Origin: Patescibacteria group bacterium
Lineage (GTDB): Bacteria > Patescibacteriota > Minisyncoccia > UBA9983
Reading direction: 5' to 3'
NCBI GenBank assembly: GCA_040752125.1
Contig: JBFMFK010000006.1
Coordinates: forward strand, 1,152-65,151
Length of the DNA: 64,000 nucleotides
Position 1 is the stretch's first letter. Every line of letters begins with the position of its first letter. The notes under the pieces are model-generated. The model was not told the DNA's origin, made no database searches, and saw nothing but the letters and a program-made list of their open reading frames with translations. Below, piece after piece: positions 18,878 through 29,755 of the stretch. The position numbers were made by a program, and so were the translations under genes.

Positions 18878-19423
18878 TCATTTTTGAGAAAATGGAAATC
18901 CTAGAAGACGGAACAATTCCGTTGCCTCTTCCTTGGTTTTGGCAGTGGTGACAATAGTTATACCCAAACCAAAAACATTTCTTATGTCTTCATTACTAGT
19001 TTCCGGAAAAACAATGTGTTCCTTTATGCCTATGGTTAGATTGCCTGATTTATCAATAGCCCCAGTATTGATTCCCCTGAAATCTCTTGTCCTTGGCAGG
19101 GCAACATTGATTAACTTCTCAAGAAAATCATCCATCCTCTTTCTTCTTAAAGTCGCACTGAAGCCAATGGGCATTCCTTTTCTTAATTTAAATGTGGAAA
19201 TTGATTTTTTTGCAGGATTGACTGCTGGCCACTGGCCTGTAATCAGCATAAGAGATTTTTTAATATTTTCTATCTTTTCTTTTTCGTCTTTTTTTGACCC
19301 AAAGCCAGTATTAACAATCACCTTTTTTATCTTAGGCACTGCTAGATCATTTCTGTATCCGAAAATCTTTTTCATCTCTGGCACGACTTTTTTTTCATAT
19401 CTTTCTTTTATGCCTTGCACCAT
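18878..19423 (-). CDS. rplE: 50S ribosomal protein L5
   Basis: ITGQ, FKLRKGMPIG, LPRTRDFRG. Confidence 0.98.
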   Translation of the reverse strand: MVQGIKERYEKKVVPEMKKIFGYRNDLAVPKIKKVIVNTGFGSKKDEKEKIENIKKSLMLITGQWPAVNPAKKSISTFKLRKGMPIGFSATLRRKRMDDFLEKLINVALPRTRDFRGINTGAIDKSGNLTIGIKEHIVFPETSNEDIRNVFGLGITIVTTAKTKEEATELFRLLGFPFSQK

Positions 19424-19499
19424 ATTAAAAAAGGCCTATCCAGCCAATAAAAACATAATAGCAATTATCAAGATTTTTGCAAGAAAAATCTTTAGAGAT

Positions 19500-20459
19500 T
19501 TAAGGACACGCAATAGTAGTGGCAGAGATTACATTTGCTGAATCAACAGTAATTCTATGACATCCGCCACTGGGATCCTTTAAGATAATGCCGGTACTTG
19601 GGGTGCTAACATAAACATCTCCGCCGCTTACATGTAATTTTTCTGCTGGCGCGTCTGTGCCGATGCCAACATTACCAGTATCTCTATCAATGGCTATATC
19701 TATACGATAGGAACCCGGATTTATCCATCTTAAAATATGGAAGTCGCCTTCTTGAACACCACCAATTTCTTTTTTATGCGCCATAACCCAAGTCTTATCA
19801 ATATCAGCAGTCTCATCGTTTAAATAAAGCGCTGAATAAGTTCTATTAGCATCACCAACTCCTGAGATATGAATTCTTCCTTGTGTAGTAGAGTCATTGA
19901 CTTGTAAGTTTCCCACGGGCTCTGTTGTCCCAATGCCGACGTTCCCAGTGACACTGTCAATAGCTAAATCTACCCTCCCATTAGTTGGGTCTATCCATCT
20001 TACAATATGAAAGTCATCTTCTTGAGGAGTGGCAGTCATTTTCTTGTGTGCAATGCCCCAATTGTTATTAAAATCCTGGGTTTCGTCATTCAAATAAAGA
20101 CCCGAATAAGTCTGCCCAGTGACTGGCTCTGCAACACCAGAAATATGAACTATTCCTTGACTAAAGGCGTTATGAACGCCTAAGTTAGGAGCGGGGTTGG
20201 CCGTTCCAATTCCGACACTGCCACCCAACGTTGCAAGATAAGTATCAAAATCACTAGTAAGCCCGCCTACTCTTAAGGCGCCTATTATTCTTAAATCACC
20301 TGCTCTTTCTTGGAATATATTGCCCACATTAATGGGTGCGGCAACATTATTAGTTGGAGGAGCTCCTGTGGGGCCTGTCCAAGAATAAACGATATTTACT
20401 CCTGCCAAAACAGCCAGACAAATAATGAGCGTAATTATAGGTTGTTTTACTTTATTCAT
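19500..20459 (-). CDS. Secreted fibre-like protein with two internal repeats and GNVGIGT motifs
   Basis: signal peptide, WTGPTGAPPTNN..APINV, duplicated HISGV..YS.LYLNDET..W..AHKK..DFHI.RWI.P unit. Confidence 0.75.
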   Translation of the reverse strand: MNKVKQPIITLIICLAVLAGVNIVYSWTGPTGAPPTNNVAAPINVGNIFQERAGDLRIIGALRVGGLTSDFDTYLATLGGSVGIGTANPAPNLGVHNAFSQGIVHISGVAEPVTGQTYSGLYLNDETQDFNNNWGIAHKKMTATPQEDDFHIVRWIDPTNGRVDLAIDSVTGNVGIGTTEPVGNLQVNDSTTQGRIHISGVGDANRTYSALYLNDETADIDKTWVMAHKKEIGGVQEGDFHILRWINPGSYRIDIAIDRDTGNVGIGTDAPAEKLHVSGGDVYVSTPSTGIILKDPSGGCHRITVDSANVISATTIACP

Positions 20460-20488
20460 AATTTTAATTAAAATTTATTGACCTTTTA

Positions 20489-20767
20489 TTATTTATTCAA
20501 TTCTTCTAATCGTTTTTGGATTTCTATTTGTGTGAAATCTTGTTTATTTTTATTGATTTTTTCTAACTGATTATTAATATCCTCTTCAGTAAGTTGCTGA
20601 GGAAGTCTATTTATTTCTATCAATTTTTTTCTAATTATCTTTTCTTGAGACGGATAAGTTACAATTTTTTGTTTTTTGTAAACCAAAATTCCAGCCAGCA
20701 TTATGACTATTAATATTAAAATTATTACTAGAACAGTCTTCTTGTATTTTTTTATATCAATAGCCAT
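20489..20767 (-). CDS. Hypothetical single-TM protein
   Basis: ORF with TM segment. Confidence 0.6.
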   Translation of the reverse strand: MAIDIKKYKKTVLVIILILIVIMLAGILVYKKQKIVTYPSQEKIIRKKLIEINRLPQQLTEEDINNQLEKINKNKQDFTQIEIQKRLEELNK

Positions 20768-20834
20768 TTATACCTATTTTAAAATAGGCTTAATTTTTCC
20801 ACAAACAATAATGGGGATAAGTGAGAATTAAAAT

Positions 20835-21146
20835 TTAAGCAAGTTCAGCCTTGCACTTTTTGCAAAATCTGATTTTTTTTACTCCTCCTATGGTTTTTTT
20901 CCCAATTCTGGTCTGTTTAGAGCAGGAAGGGCAAATCAAGATGGCATTGGAAACATCAATAGGCATTGCCATTTGGATAATCTGTCCTTTCTGACCCTGC
21001 CTCTTCGGCTTAGAATGTTTTTTTCTCACATTCACTCCCTCCACAATGATTTTATTTTTTGGAGGCAAGACACGAATAATCTTTCCGGTTTTGCCTCGGT
21101 CTTTGCCTGAAATTATTTTAACTGTATCGCCTCTTTTTAATTTCAT
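20835..21146 (-). CDS. rplX: 50S ribosomal protein L24
   Basis: [19 protein letters not shown] motif. Confidence 0.97.
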   Translation of the reverse strand: MKLKRGDTVKIISGKDRGKTGKIIRVLPPKNKIIVEGVNVRKKHSKPKRQGQKGQIIQMAMPIDVSNAILICPSCSKQTRIGKKTIGGVKKIRFCKKCKAELA

Positions 21147-21514
21147 ACAACTTCTGTTGCCAGAGAAATAATTTTAGAATATCCTCTTTCTTGGATCTCT
21201 CTCGGTATGGGACCGAAGATTCTTCCTCCTCTGGGCTCTTTTTTGGCCTTTTCAATAATCACTACTGCATTATCATCAAAACGAATATAGGAGCCGTCTT
21301 TCCTTCGAAAATGCTTTTTCTGCCTTACAACTAGGGCATGAAGAACATCTTTTTTTTTCACCATCTTTCTTGGCTCAGCTGATTTTACAGAAACCACAAC
21401 CACGTCTCCAATCTGGGCATACCTCCTTCTGGTTCCTCCTAAAACCTTAATAACCTGAACAATTTTTGCTCCGGTATTATCTGCGACATTTAACATTGTT
21501 CGCGGCTGAATCAT
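21143..21514 (-). CDS. rplN: 50S ribosomal protein L14
   Basis: VADNTGA, IRFDDNA, RIFGP. Confidence 0.98.
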   Translation of the reverse strand: MIQPRTMLNVADNTGAKIVQVIKVLGGTRRRYAQIGDVVVVSVKSAEPRKMVKKKDVLHALVVRQKKHFRRKDGSYIRFDDNAVVIIEKAKKEPRGGRIFGPIPREIQERGYSKIISLATEVV

Positions 21515-21536
21515 AAAAGCGACACCAATTACTAAT

Positions 21537-21773
21537 TTACACTAATTTACTAATAACCTTGAAATGTTTGTCTTTGGAAATCGGCTTGCATTCTTGGATA
21601 ATCACCTTATCACCAATTTTATATTCATTCTTCTCATCGTGGGCTTTGTATTTTTTGCTGATTTTGAAAAATTTTTTATATTTAGGATGTTGCTTATACC
21701 TATTAACAATCACAACGACAGTTTTATCCATCTTGTCTGAAACAACAATACCCTTTAATTTTTTCTTTGGCAT
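21537..21773 (-). CDS. rpsQ: 30S ribosomal protein S17
   Basis: [22 protein letters not shown]. Confidence 0.97.
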   Translation of the reverse strand: MPKKKLKGIVVSDKMDKTVVVIVNRYKQHPKYKKFFKISKKYKAHDEKNEYKIGDKVIIQECKPISKDKHFKVISKLV

Positions 21774-21774
21774 A

Positions 21775-22191
21775 TTATCGGCTGATGATTCGTGTCTTAA
21801 TTGGTAATTTTGCTCCGGCCTTTCTTAAGGCCTCAAAAGCATTCTTTTTATCGATCCCGTCTATTTCAAAAATAATATTGCCTGGTTTAACGTTAGCAAC
21901 ATATCCCGCTGGGTCACCCTTACCCTTGCCCATACCAACCTCAGGCGGCTTAGCAGTAATTGCCTTGTCTGGAAAAATTCTGATCCACATTTTACCTGTT
22001 TTTTGAACATATCTGGAAATAACTTTTCTGGCGGATTCAATATGATTAGATTTTACCCATTTTGCCTCTTCTGCCTTTAGGCCAAAAGAGCCAAATGCCA
22101 AAGATGTTCCTCTGGTTGCGACCATTTTTTTCTTTGGGTTCTTTCGATCTCTCTGGGTTTTTCTAAATTTTACCTTTTTGGGAAATAACAT
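21775..22191 (-). CDS. rplP: 50S ribosomal protein L16
   Basis: WIRIFPD, MGKGKG, KLPIKT. Confidence 0.97.
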   Translation of the reverse strand: MLFPKKVKFRKTQRDRKNPKKKMVATRGTSLAFGSFGLKAEEAKWVKSNHIESARKVISRYVQKTGKMWIRIFPDKAITAKPPEVGMGKGKGDPAGYVANVKPGNIIFEIDGIDKKNAFEALRKAGAKLPIKTRIISR

Positions 22192-22210
22192 ATTAAAAAT
22201 TAATTAAAAA

Positions 22211-22858
22211 TTAAAACTTTTCTCCTCTATAAATCCAAACTTTTATTCCAATATCTCCGTAGGGAAGATGGGCTCTTTCTCTTGCAAAATCAATATCCGC
22301 TCTAAGATTTTGAAGAGGGATTCTTCCTTCTTTTAAATATTCACGTCTGCTCATTTCCGCTCCTCCAAGGCGGCCTGAGAGCATAATCTTTGCTCCACCT
22401 ACCTCTTTGTTAGACATCACCTTGGCAAGAGTCTGTTTCATTACTCTTCTAAATGGAACCCTTTTTTCAAGACTTTCTGCAATCATCTGGCTTACAATCT
22501 TTGCGTGTGTTTCTGGAGAACGCACCTCTTCAATTGTTAATTTAATCTCTTGTGGCGGTTCAGGACTTAAGTCCGTCATTTTTTTTCTGATTTCTTGCTT
22601 TAATTTTTCTGAACCTTCTCCTTTTCTCCCAATCAATAAACCAGGTCTTGATGTTTTTATGATCACATTTATAATATTCGGGGAACGTTCAATATCAATA
22701 TCTTCTATATACATCCCCCGCAATTTCTTTTGCAACCATTCTCTTATCAAAACATCTTCTCTTAGGAAATTTTTATATTTTTTCAGATTAAACCATCGCG
22801 ACTTCCAGCCGTACATTGTATTTATTCTGAATGCATATGGATGAACCTTTTTAGACAT
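22211..22858 (-). CDS. rpsC: 30S ribosomal protein S3
   Basis: KVHPYAFR, RPGLLIG, GRLGGAE, GIKVWI. Confidence 0.98.
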   Translation of the reverse strand: MSKKVHPYAFRINTMYGWKSRWFNLKKYKNFLREDVLIREWLQKKLRGMYIEDIDIERSPNIINVIIKTSRPGLLIGRKGEGSEKLKQEIRKKMTDLSPEPPQEIKLTIEEVRSPETHAKIVSQMIAESLEKRVPFRRVMKQTLAKVMSNKEVGGAKIMLSGRLGGAEMSRREYLKEGRIPLQNLRADIDFARERAHLPYGDIGIKVWIYRGEKF

Positions 22859-23210
22859 AAGTTTTGACTTTAGGTTGTTCTTTTAGAACAACCGTAATGT
22901 GGCTTGTCCTTTTTTTATACGGGTGGGTCCTGCCTCTTGCTGCTGGTCTATATCTTTTATAGCTAGGGCCTTCGTCAACTCTAATTTCTTTTATGTAAAG
23001 ATCTTTATTTTCTGTATCAATTTTGTAATTATGTCTAGCGTTGCTTACGGCAGACTTTAAAAGTTTGGCAATGATTGGAGCCGATTTTTTCTTAGAAAAA
23101 GAAAGTTGGAGGAAAGCTTTATCAATTTTCTGGCCGCGCACCAAATCTGCCACCAATCTCATTTTTCTTGGGGCCATTCTCGCATATCTTAATTTTGCTC
23201 TAATCTCCAT
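22851..23210 (-). CDS. rplV: 50S ribosomal protein L22
   Basis: APRKMRLVADLVRG, KRTSHITV. Confidence 0.97.
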   Translation of the reverse strand: MEIRAKLRYARMAPRKMRLVADLVRGQKIDKAFLQLSFSKKKSAPIIAKLLKSAVSNARHNYKIDTENKDLYIKEIRVDEGPSYKRYRPAARGRTHPYKKRTSHITVVLKEQPKVKTYV

Positions 23211-23278
23211 AATGTTTACTCTTGAGTAGTCAGCTTATTATAAGTCAGACTGTCTGGTTACTGACTGCTATTGACCGG

Positions 23279-23566
23279 CTACTTCTTTTTTTCAATCTCT
23301 CTTTGCATTTTGCCGCCATGCCTGACAAATTTCCTGGTAGGACTAAATTCTCCTAATCGATGACCAACCATTTCTTCTACGATTTTAACCGGAATAAAAT
23401 CTTTACCATTATGCACTCCAAAGGTAAACCCAACCATTTCTGGAGAAATCATAGAATCGCGTGACCATGTCTTAATAGGTTCTCTCTGTTGTTCAGGCTT
23501 GAGATTTTTTATTTTCTTTAATAATTTTTCGTCCACAAAAGGACCCTTTTTAATGCTTCTTGCCAT
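23279..23566 (-). CDS. rpsS: 30S ribosomal protein S19
   Basis: [20 protein letters not shown]. Confidence 0.98.
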   Translation of the reverse strand: MARSIKKGPFVDEKLLKKIKNLKPEQQREPIKTWSRDSMISPEMVGFTFGVHNGKDFIPVKIVEEMVGHRLGEFSPTRKFVRHGGKMQREIEKKK

Positions 23567-23567
23567 A

Positions 23568-24398
23568 TTATCTCTTTTTTCTTTTCTGAATAATAAACAG
23601 GTCTGAATATTTTTTGGATTTTCTTGTCTTTATTCCTCTCACGCCTCTACCCCATTTGTTTTTTGGCCTCCTGAGCCCTATTCCTGCCCTTCCTTCACCA
23701 CCACCAAGCGGGTGATCTACAGGATTCATTGCTGAACCGCGCACTGTTGGTCTGACACCCATCCACCTTTTTCTACCAGCCTTGCCAAGAATCCTCAATT
23801 TCCTTTCTTCATTGGAGACTTGGCCAACGCTGGCCCAGCAATTTTTCAAAACTTTCCTTATTTCCGTAGAGGGAAGCTTAAGCAAAACAAAATTGCCATC
23901 ATGGGCAATCACTTCAGCATAATTTCCAGCTGACCTGCAAAGCTTTGCTCCTCCATCAGGCTTTAATTCAATATTATAAACAAAAATTCCGACTGGAATA
24001 TTTTCTAAAATAAGTCTGTTTCCTGGTTTGATCTCAGCATTTTTTGAAACTATTATCCTGTCTCCAGCTTTGACTTTACTGGGTGCAAGGATATATCTTT
24101 TTTCTCCGTCTGCATATGTTATCAGGGCAATGAACCCGCTTCTAAACGGATCATATTCTATTGTGTTGACGGTCGCGGGGATGTCGTGTTTATCATATCT
24201 AAAATCAATGAGTCTATAAAGTTTTTTAGACCCTCCTCCTTTGTGTCTGGCAGTGATCCGGCCAGAAGAACTTCTTCCCATTGCCCGTCTCAAACCCCTG
24301 GTCAGACTTTTTTCAGGTTCGCCTCTACTCAAAATCTTCCGGTAATTGATGCCGGTCATTTGTCTTCTTGATGGAGTTGTAGCACTGTACTGTTTCAT
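23568..24398 (-). CDS. rplB: 50S ribosomal protein L2
   Basis: [22 protein letters not shown]. Confidence 0.98.
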   Translation of the reverse strand: MKQYSATTPSRRQMTGINYRKILSRGEPEKSLTRGLRRAMGRSSSGRITARHKGGGSKKLYRLIDFRYDKHDIPATVNTIEYDPFRSGFIALITYADGEKRYILAPSKVKAGDRIIVSKNAEIKPGNRLILENIPVGIFVYNIELKPDGGAKLCRSAGNYAEVIAHDGNFVLLKLPSTEIRKVLKNCWASVGQVSNEERKLRILGKAGRKRWMGVRPTVRGSAMNPVDHPLGGGEGRAGIGLRRPKNKWGRGVRGIKTRKSKKYSDLFIIQKRKKR

Positions 24399-24413
24399 AT
24401 CTCATTATTCTCA

Positions 24414-24806
24414 TTATGAAGTTTCTATTTTATCTTCTTCTTTTAAGTAAATGATTGCTTTTTTAAATCCTGTTCTTGTGCCATATTTTCCTTTGACAAA
24501 TCGTCTTTTAGAAGGGGCGTAAACAATATTTATTTTTTGAGGAATGACTCCGTATGTTTCTTTAATGGCGCGTCTGACCATAATTTTATTGGCGCGAGGA
24601 CTTATCTTAAAAACATAAACACCTTTCCCTCCTAAGAGAGTGGCTTTTTCAGTGACGTGCGGAGCGATCAAGATTTTCCCCTTTTTTACTTCGTCTTTTT
24701 TGTCTTGGACCAAGTCAGGGGATTTTTTCGCCTCTGCTCTTTCTTTTTGTTTCTTCTGAAAACGCACGCCTTCTTTCTCTTTCTTGAAAATATTTAACAA
24801 TGACAT
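24414..24806 (-). CDS. rplW: 50S ribosomal protein L23 with N-terminal extension
   Basis: PHVTEKA, FKKAIIYL. Confidence 0.93.
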   Translation of the reverse strand: MSLLNIFKKEKEGVRFQKKQKERAEAKKSPDLVQDKKDEVKKGKILIAPHVTEKATLLGGKGVYVFKISPRANKIMVRRAIKETYGVIPQKINIVYAPSKRRFVKGKYGTRTGFKKAIIYLKEEDKIETS

Positions 24807-24872
24807 TTTGCAAAACTAAAATAAAAACCCTTTGAGGGTGTAAGAATATCTTAACAAATGCTCAAAAACAAA

Positions 24873-26021
24873 TCAACCCCGGCTAAATATCAGCAATTCT
24901 GGCTTAATGAGAAAAATAAGACCAAGGATAAGCATTATAATACCCGCAATTAATCTAGACCATTGAGAATATTTTGAATTCAGGTGAAAAAACTTCATTG
25001 AAAATCCGGCTATCAAAAGTACGATAATATCGTCCAGCATATAGAAAAAATCGTATAAGCCGATGTAGGCGTAATATTTCCAGGTTGCCAGGTGATATTC
25101 AGTCAGTATTTTAGTGAAGACCACGGGAATACCTAAAGAGCAGAGAAGTTCAATGATATTAACGGAAAAAGCAATGCCTGCGACTCCCAGAATAATGGCC
25201 AGCGTGGTTTTTGAATTAATGATATTTTCAATTTTTTTAGTTATCTTTTTTTGCCCCTCCACAGAACTAATCTCGCAAACATCCGGCTTAAAAGTAAAAA
25301 ATGCCCTAATGAAAAGAACGCCTGCAATCAAAGCAATAATGCCGACAATCAGTCTGACAAAAACAAGATAATCCAACCAGACAAAGACATTGAGCCAAGC
25401 AGACATAAACAAGAAATAAGAAATATAAGAAGTAATGATGAAAACACTGCCAACAAGCCAGACCTTTTTGCGCGCACCACCGGCAATGGCCAAAGTCAGA
25501 AGCACTAAAAGCGACCACATTGAGCAGGGATTGAATCCATCTAAAGTTCCTAGGCTAACAGCCAAAAAAGAAAGCGAAACTGTTTTGATATTGATCTCTC
25601 CAAAAAACGGATGTTTAATCATTTCTTGATCCGGTTCTTTTTCCGGTTCTTTTCTTGAAGATCCCAAAATCATCTCTTTGATTTTCTGGCCATAATCTTC
25701 AGCATTATTAAATCCAATCAAGTATTTATCTCCAATAATTGTCAAGGGCACTCCGGGATTTTTTATTCCCAGTTCGTCTATCTTTTTTAAAAAAAGATCT
25801 CTGTTTGCATCATTATGCCAGACTTCGTATTCAATGATATTCAAATCAGGAATTTCTTTCTTTAAATCTGTTAGAAATATTCTCTCTTCCTTACAGTGCG
25901 GACATTCTTCGCCATGAAACAGGTATATAGCGGGGTAAGATTCTGCCTCTGATGAATAAAATGCAGGAATAAAAATTATTCCCGCAAAGAATAAAGAAAA
26001 AAATAATTTAAATCTCAACAT
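24873..26021 (-). CDS. Glutaredoxin/thioredoxin-domain multi-pass membrane protein
   Basis: CPHC motif, GVP, then DGFNPC and ELLCS in TM region (CcdA-like). Confidence 0.85.
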   Translation of the reverse strand: MLRFKLFFSLFFAGIIFIPAFYSSEAESYPAIYLFHGEECPHCKEERIFLTDLKKEIPDLNIIEYEVWHNDANRDLFLKKIDELGIKNPGVPLTIIGDKYLIGFNNAEDYGQKIKEMILGSSRKEPEKEPDQEMIKHPFFGEINIKTVSLSFLAVSLGTLDGFNPCSMWSLLVLLTLAIAGGARKKVWLVGSVFIITSYISYFLFMSAWLNVFVWLDYLVFVRLIVGIIALIAGVLFIRAFFTFKPDVCEISSVEGQKKITKKIENIINSKTTLAIILGVAGIAFSVNIIELLCSLGIPVVFTKILTEYHLATWKYYAYIGLYDFFYMLDDIIVLLIAGFSMKFFHLNSKYSQWSRLIAGIIMLILGLIFLIKPELLIFSRG

Positions 26022-26024
26022 TAT

Positions 26025-26678
26025 TTATTTCCCCCAATACTTCAAGGCCTCTTTGGGATTCTCAATCAATAAATATTTATAATTCATTAAGTCCAGAACA
26101 TTGATATTATTTATTTCAGAAATTTTCATTCCAGATATATTTCTAAAACTCCTGGTTATCTCGCTGTCTTTTTTCGCAATGACCAGAATCGCCTTGTTCT
26201 CTTTTTTAGTTTCTAGTTTATCAAAACCCTTAATCTTGGAAAGATTGCTGATAATTTTACTCGCCTCTTTCGTTTTTGTTTGGGGTAAATTGATTTTATC
26301 TAAAAATAAGATTTCATTGTCTTTAAGCTTTTCTGATAAGATGGTGAATAATGCTTTTCTTTTCATTTTTTTATTTATTTTTTTAGAAAATTTTTTTTCT
26401 TTAAGAGGTCCATGGGCAACACCGCCTCCAACCCAGATAGGAGATCTGATAGAGCCGTGTCTGGCTCTGCCAGTGCCTTTTTGTACCCAGGGCTTCCTTC
26501 CTCCCCCAGAAACCTCGCCCCTAGATTTGGCATGAGCAACAGGAACTCTTATGTTAGATTTCATTGAGACAATTACTTGATGAACTAAATCTCCATTCCA
26601 TTCCAAGCCAAAAATATTTCCGGCTAGTTTTATCTTTCCAGCCTCTCCTGCGTTCTGATTGTATATTTTTGCCTCCAT
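26025..26678 (-). CDS. rplD: 50S ribosomal protein L4
   Basis: GGGRKPWVQKGTGRARHGSIRSP. Confidence 0.98.
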   Translation of the reverse strand: MEAKIYNQNAGEAGKIKLAGNIFGLEWNGDLVHQVIVSMKSNIRVPVAHAKSRGEVSGGGRKPWVQKGTGRARHGSIRSPIWVGGGVAHGPLKEKKFSKKINKKMKRKALFTILSEKLKDNEILFLDKINLPQTKTKEASKIISNLSKIKGFDKLETKKENKAILVIAKKDSEITRSFRNISGMKISEINNINVLDLMNYKYLLIENPKEALKYWGK

Positions 26679-26684
26679 AATAAT

Positions 26685-27311
26685 TTATGATTCTATGCCC
26701 TGAATCTCAAGCAAAGTACCTTTGGCTCCGGGAACCGCTCCAGAAACATAAATCTGATTGTTTTCTTTATCTATTTTCATCACTTTTAAATTATTAAGAG
26801 TCACTTTGTTCCCGCCCATTCTGCCTGCCATTTTTAAACCCTTAAAAACCCTTTGAGGTCCTGTGGCGCCAATCGAACCTGGCTCTCTTTCAGAATGCTT
26901 CTGGCCATGGGTCCGAGGACCACCCTTAAAACCATGTCGTTTTACCACTCCCTGAAAACCTTTTCCTTTTGAAATCCCGGTAATTTTAACTCTGTCGCCC
27001 TCTTTAAAAATAGATATATCAATTTTGTCGCCGATCTTGAATTCTGATGCCCTTCCTCTTAATTCTTTAAATCCTCTGAATCCTCTTTCTTGAAGACCTG
27101 TTTTTTTTAGATGGCCCTGCTGGGGTTTTCTCATTTTCTTTATATCTTTGTCTCCAAAACCAAACTGGATTGATTCATATCCATCATTTTCTTTGCTCTT
27201 TTTTTGAACTGCTATCAGCGGGTAGGTATTGATAATGGTAACTGGAATAACTGAACCATCCTCACTGAAAACTTGAGTCATTTTTTCTTTTGTACCAATG
27301 ATAAATTTCAT
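26685..27311 (-). CDS. rplC: 50S ribosomal protein L3
   Basis: KGKGFQGVVKRHGF, PGSIG, GAVPG. Confidence 0.98.
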   Translation of the reverse strand: MKFIIGTKEKMTQVFSEDGSVIPVTIINTYPLIAVQKKSKENDGYESIQFGFGDKDIKKMRKPQQGHLKKTGLQERGFRGFKELRGRASEFKIGDKIDISIFKEGDRVKITGISKGKGFQGVVKRHGFKGGPRTHGQKHSEREPGSIGATGPQRVFKGLKMAGRMGGNKVTLNNLKVMKIDKENNQIYVSGAVPGAKGTLLEIQGIES

Positions 27312-27653
27312 CTAAATTAATTTAACTTCAATATCGACGCCAGCAGGAAGATTGAGATTGGTCAAGGCATCAATGAGTTTTGGGTTTGGATTAAGAATAT
27401 CAATCAATCTTTTATGAATTCTCATCTCAAACTGCTCTCTTGAATTTTTATCAACAAAAGTTGACCGGTTTACAGTATATTTTCTTATCTCGGTCGGCAA
27501 GGGAATCGGCCCGGCGATCTGCGACTCGTAGCGCAGCGCAGTATCTGCAATTTGCTTTACACTCGCATCCAAAATTTTGTGTTCATAGGCGCGGATCTTA
27601 ATGCGCAACTTTTGCTGATGCTCTTCAATTTTTTCTTTTTTCTGTTTTGCCAT
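27312..27653 (-). CDS. rpsJ: 30S ribosomal protein S10
   Basis: [19 protein letters not shown]. Confidence 0.98.
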   Translation of the reverse strand: MAKQKKEKIEEHQQKLRIKIRAYEHKILDASVKQIADTALRYESQIAGPIPLPTEIRKYTVNRSTFVDKNSREQFEMRIHKRLIDILNPNPKLIDALTNLNLPAGVDIEVKLI

Positions 27654-27654
27654 C

Positions 27655-28848
27655 TTATTTGATAATTCTGGTCACTACTCCTGCGCCCACTGTCTTTCCT
27701 CCTTCACGAATAGCAAATCTCTGTTTTTCCTCAAGGGCAACCGGTGCGATGAGTTTAACATTAAAAGTGACTGTATCTCCAGGCATAATCATTTCTACAC
27801 CCGCGGGCAAGGTTACCTCTCCTGTAACGTCAGTTGTTCTTATATAGAACTGCGGCTTGTATCCTGCAAAAAATGGTGTATGTCTTCCACCTTCTTCTTT
27901 GGTCAGGATATAAACTTCAGATTCAAATTCCGTATGCGGAGTGATAGATCCCGGCTTTACTAAAACCTGGCCTCTTTCTACATCTTCTTTTTTGGTGCCT
28001 CTCAAAAGTATTCCAGCATTGTCTCCAGCCAATCCTTCATCCAAAGATTTATTGAACATCTCAATGCCAGTGACCACGGTCTTCTTTGTCTCTCCCAAAC
28101 CAACAATTTCAACCTCCTCATTAATTTTAATTTTCCCTCTTTCAATCCTTCCCGTAACCACAGTGCCTCTTCCTTCAATGGAAAAAATATCCTCAATGGG
28201 CATTAAAAATTGCTTATCAACTTCGCGAACCGGTTCAGGAATATAGGAATCAAGAGTGTTGACAAGTTCCAAAATTGGCTTGCTCCATTCATCATCAACT
28301 GATTTGACATCAAGAGCTTTTAGGGCTGATCCTTTGATAATAGGAGCAGTGTTTCCGGGAAATTCATATTTATTAAGTAACTCACGTACCTCTGCCTCCA
28401 CTAAATCAATAAGCTCTTTATCATCAACCATATCTACCTTATTCAGGAAAACAATAACCGATGGGACCCCAACCTGCCTTGCCAAGAGAATATGTTCGCG
28501 AGTTTGAGGCATAACACCATCTGTTGCCGCAACCACCAAAATTGCTCCATCCATTTGAGCTGCACCTGTGATCATGTTTTTGATATAATCTGCATGACCA
28601 GGAGCATCAATATGCGCATAATGCCTCTTTTGTGTTTCGTATTCGCTATGATGGAGGGCAATGGTAATGCCTCGCGCTTTTTCTTCAGGAGCATTATCAA
28701 TATCATCGACTTTTTCTAATTTCACCTTATTGCCAGCCAAATTGAGTATGTGTAAAATGGCAGCAGTTAAAGTTGTCTTCCCATGATCAACATGACCAAT
28801 AGTACCAACATTAAGGTGAGGTTTAGTTCTTTCAAATTTTTCTGCCAT
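27655..28848 (-). CDS. tuf: Elongation factor Tu
   Basis: [31 protein letters not shown]. Confidence 0.99.
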   Translation of the reverse strand: MAEKFERTKPHLNVGTIGHVDHGKTTLTAAILHILNLAGNKVKLEKVDDIDNAPEEKARGITIALHHSEYETQKRHYAHIDAPGHADYIKNMITGAAQMDGAILVVAATDGVMPQTREHILLARQVGVPSVIVFLNKVDMVDDKELIDLVEAEVRELLNKYEFPGNTAPIIKGSALKALDVKSVDDEWSKPILELVNTLDSYIPEPVREVDKQFLMPIEDIFSIEGRGTVVTGRIERGKIKINEEVEIVGLGETKKTVVTGIEMFNKSLDEGLAGDNAGILLRGTKKEDVERGQVLVKPGSITPHTEFESEVYILTKEEGGRHTPFFAGYKPQFYIRTTDVTGEVTLPAGVEMIMPGDTVTFNVKLIAPVALEEKQRFAIREGGKTVGAGVVTRIIK

Positions 28849-28991
28849 AAATTAAAAAATTTTTAATTTTATAATTTCTAATTTTTAATATTTTTAATAA
28901 TTTTTTCGAACCAAATAAAACATGCATTTACCCTGTAAATTTTATGCTTTCCTAGGGTTCATTGCAATGTTTAATATGTTAATAGTTTAAT

Positions 28992-29020
28992 ATGTTAATA
29001 AAATGTGGGTTTCTCGTCAA
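28992..29020 (-). promoter_or_regulatory. Sigma70-type promoter for tuf-S10
   Basis: TTGACG-17nt-TAACAT on the minus strand. Confidence 0.55.
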
Positions 29021-29026
29021 GCCCAT

Positions 29027-29049
29027 TGTTCGACTTCCGAAGTCGCACA
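29027..29049. repeat. REP-like palindrome family B, left copy
   Basis: TGTTCGACTTCCGAAGTCGCACA, followed by degenerate half-units AAGTCGCGCA and AAGTTGGACA. Confidence 0.85.
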
Positions 29050-29073
29050 AAGTCGCGCAAGCAAGTTGGACAG

Positions 29074-29739
29074 TTAGATCAGGTGGTCGTCATCGAGTAA
29101 AAGCTTTGTTCCGCTTGTTTCCACAAAATTCTCATACTCCTTTTTGTTGGAGAATTGGCTTAAAATTATTTCTGTCTTTAAAAAATCAGCCCATCTGTTT
29201 TGTTTGATGTAATCTTGATAACTTGACCAGAAATAACTTGCTTCTTTATTTTTGTATTTTGTTAATTCTCTAGAATTGCGGTGTATATACGCAGAGAGAT
29301 GCAGCAGTTGCTCATTATTTTTAATGTGGACCGACCGAAACGCTCCTTGAAATAAGTGCCCCGATTTTTCATATTTTGTATTTAGATATTTCGTATAGGC
29401 AATTTGTATTCTTTGCAGATATTTAGATACTCCGCCTTCTTTAATTTCGCGCACAGTAAGATGGAAATGATTTGGCATCAAGCAAAAATTAATTAACTCA
29501 ACATAGCGGTTCTCAATAATATTTTTTTCAATATCTTTTGACACATTGAAATTTCGCCGCTTTACAAAATTAGAAATTAAGCGTCCTACATTGTAAAAGT
29601 TATTGGGGGATTGAAGATAAAGTATAAGGAAAAGGAATCTTGCCCAATCTTTTTCTTCGTGGAAAATATTCTGTTTATGATTTTCTCTATTGAAAATATG
29701 ATAATATTCTCCAATTGATATATTTTCTCGTCGTGGCAT
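29074..29739 (-). mobile_element. RAYT-like Y1 HUH transposase
   Basis: YYHIFNR, CLMPNHFHL, GHLFQG, YIHRN, WSSY. Confidence 0.88.
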
Positions 29740-29755
29740 ATCATATACTATAGCA

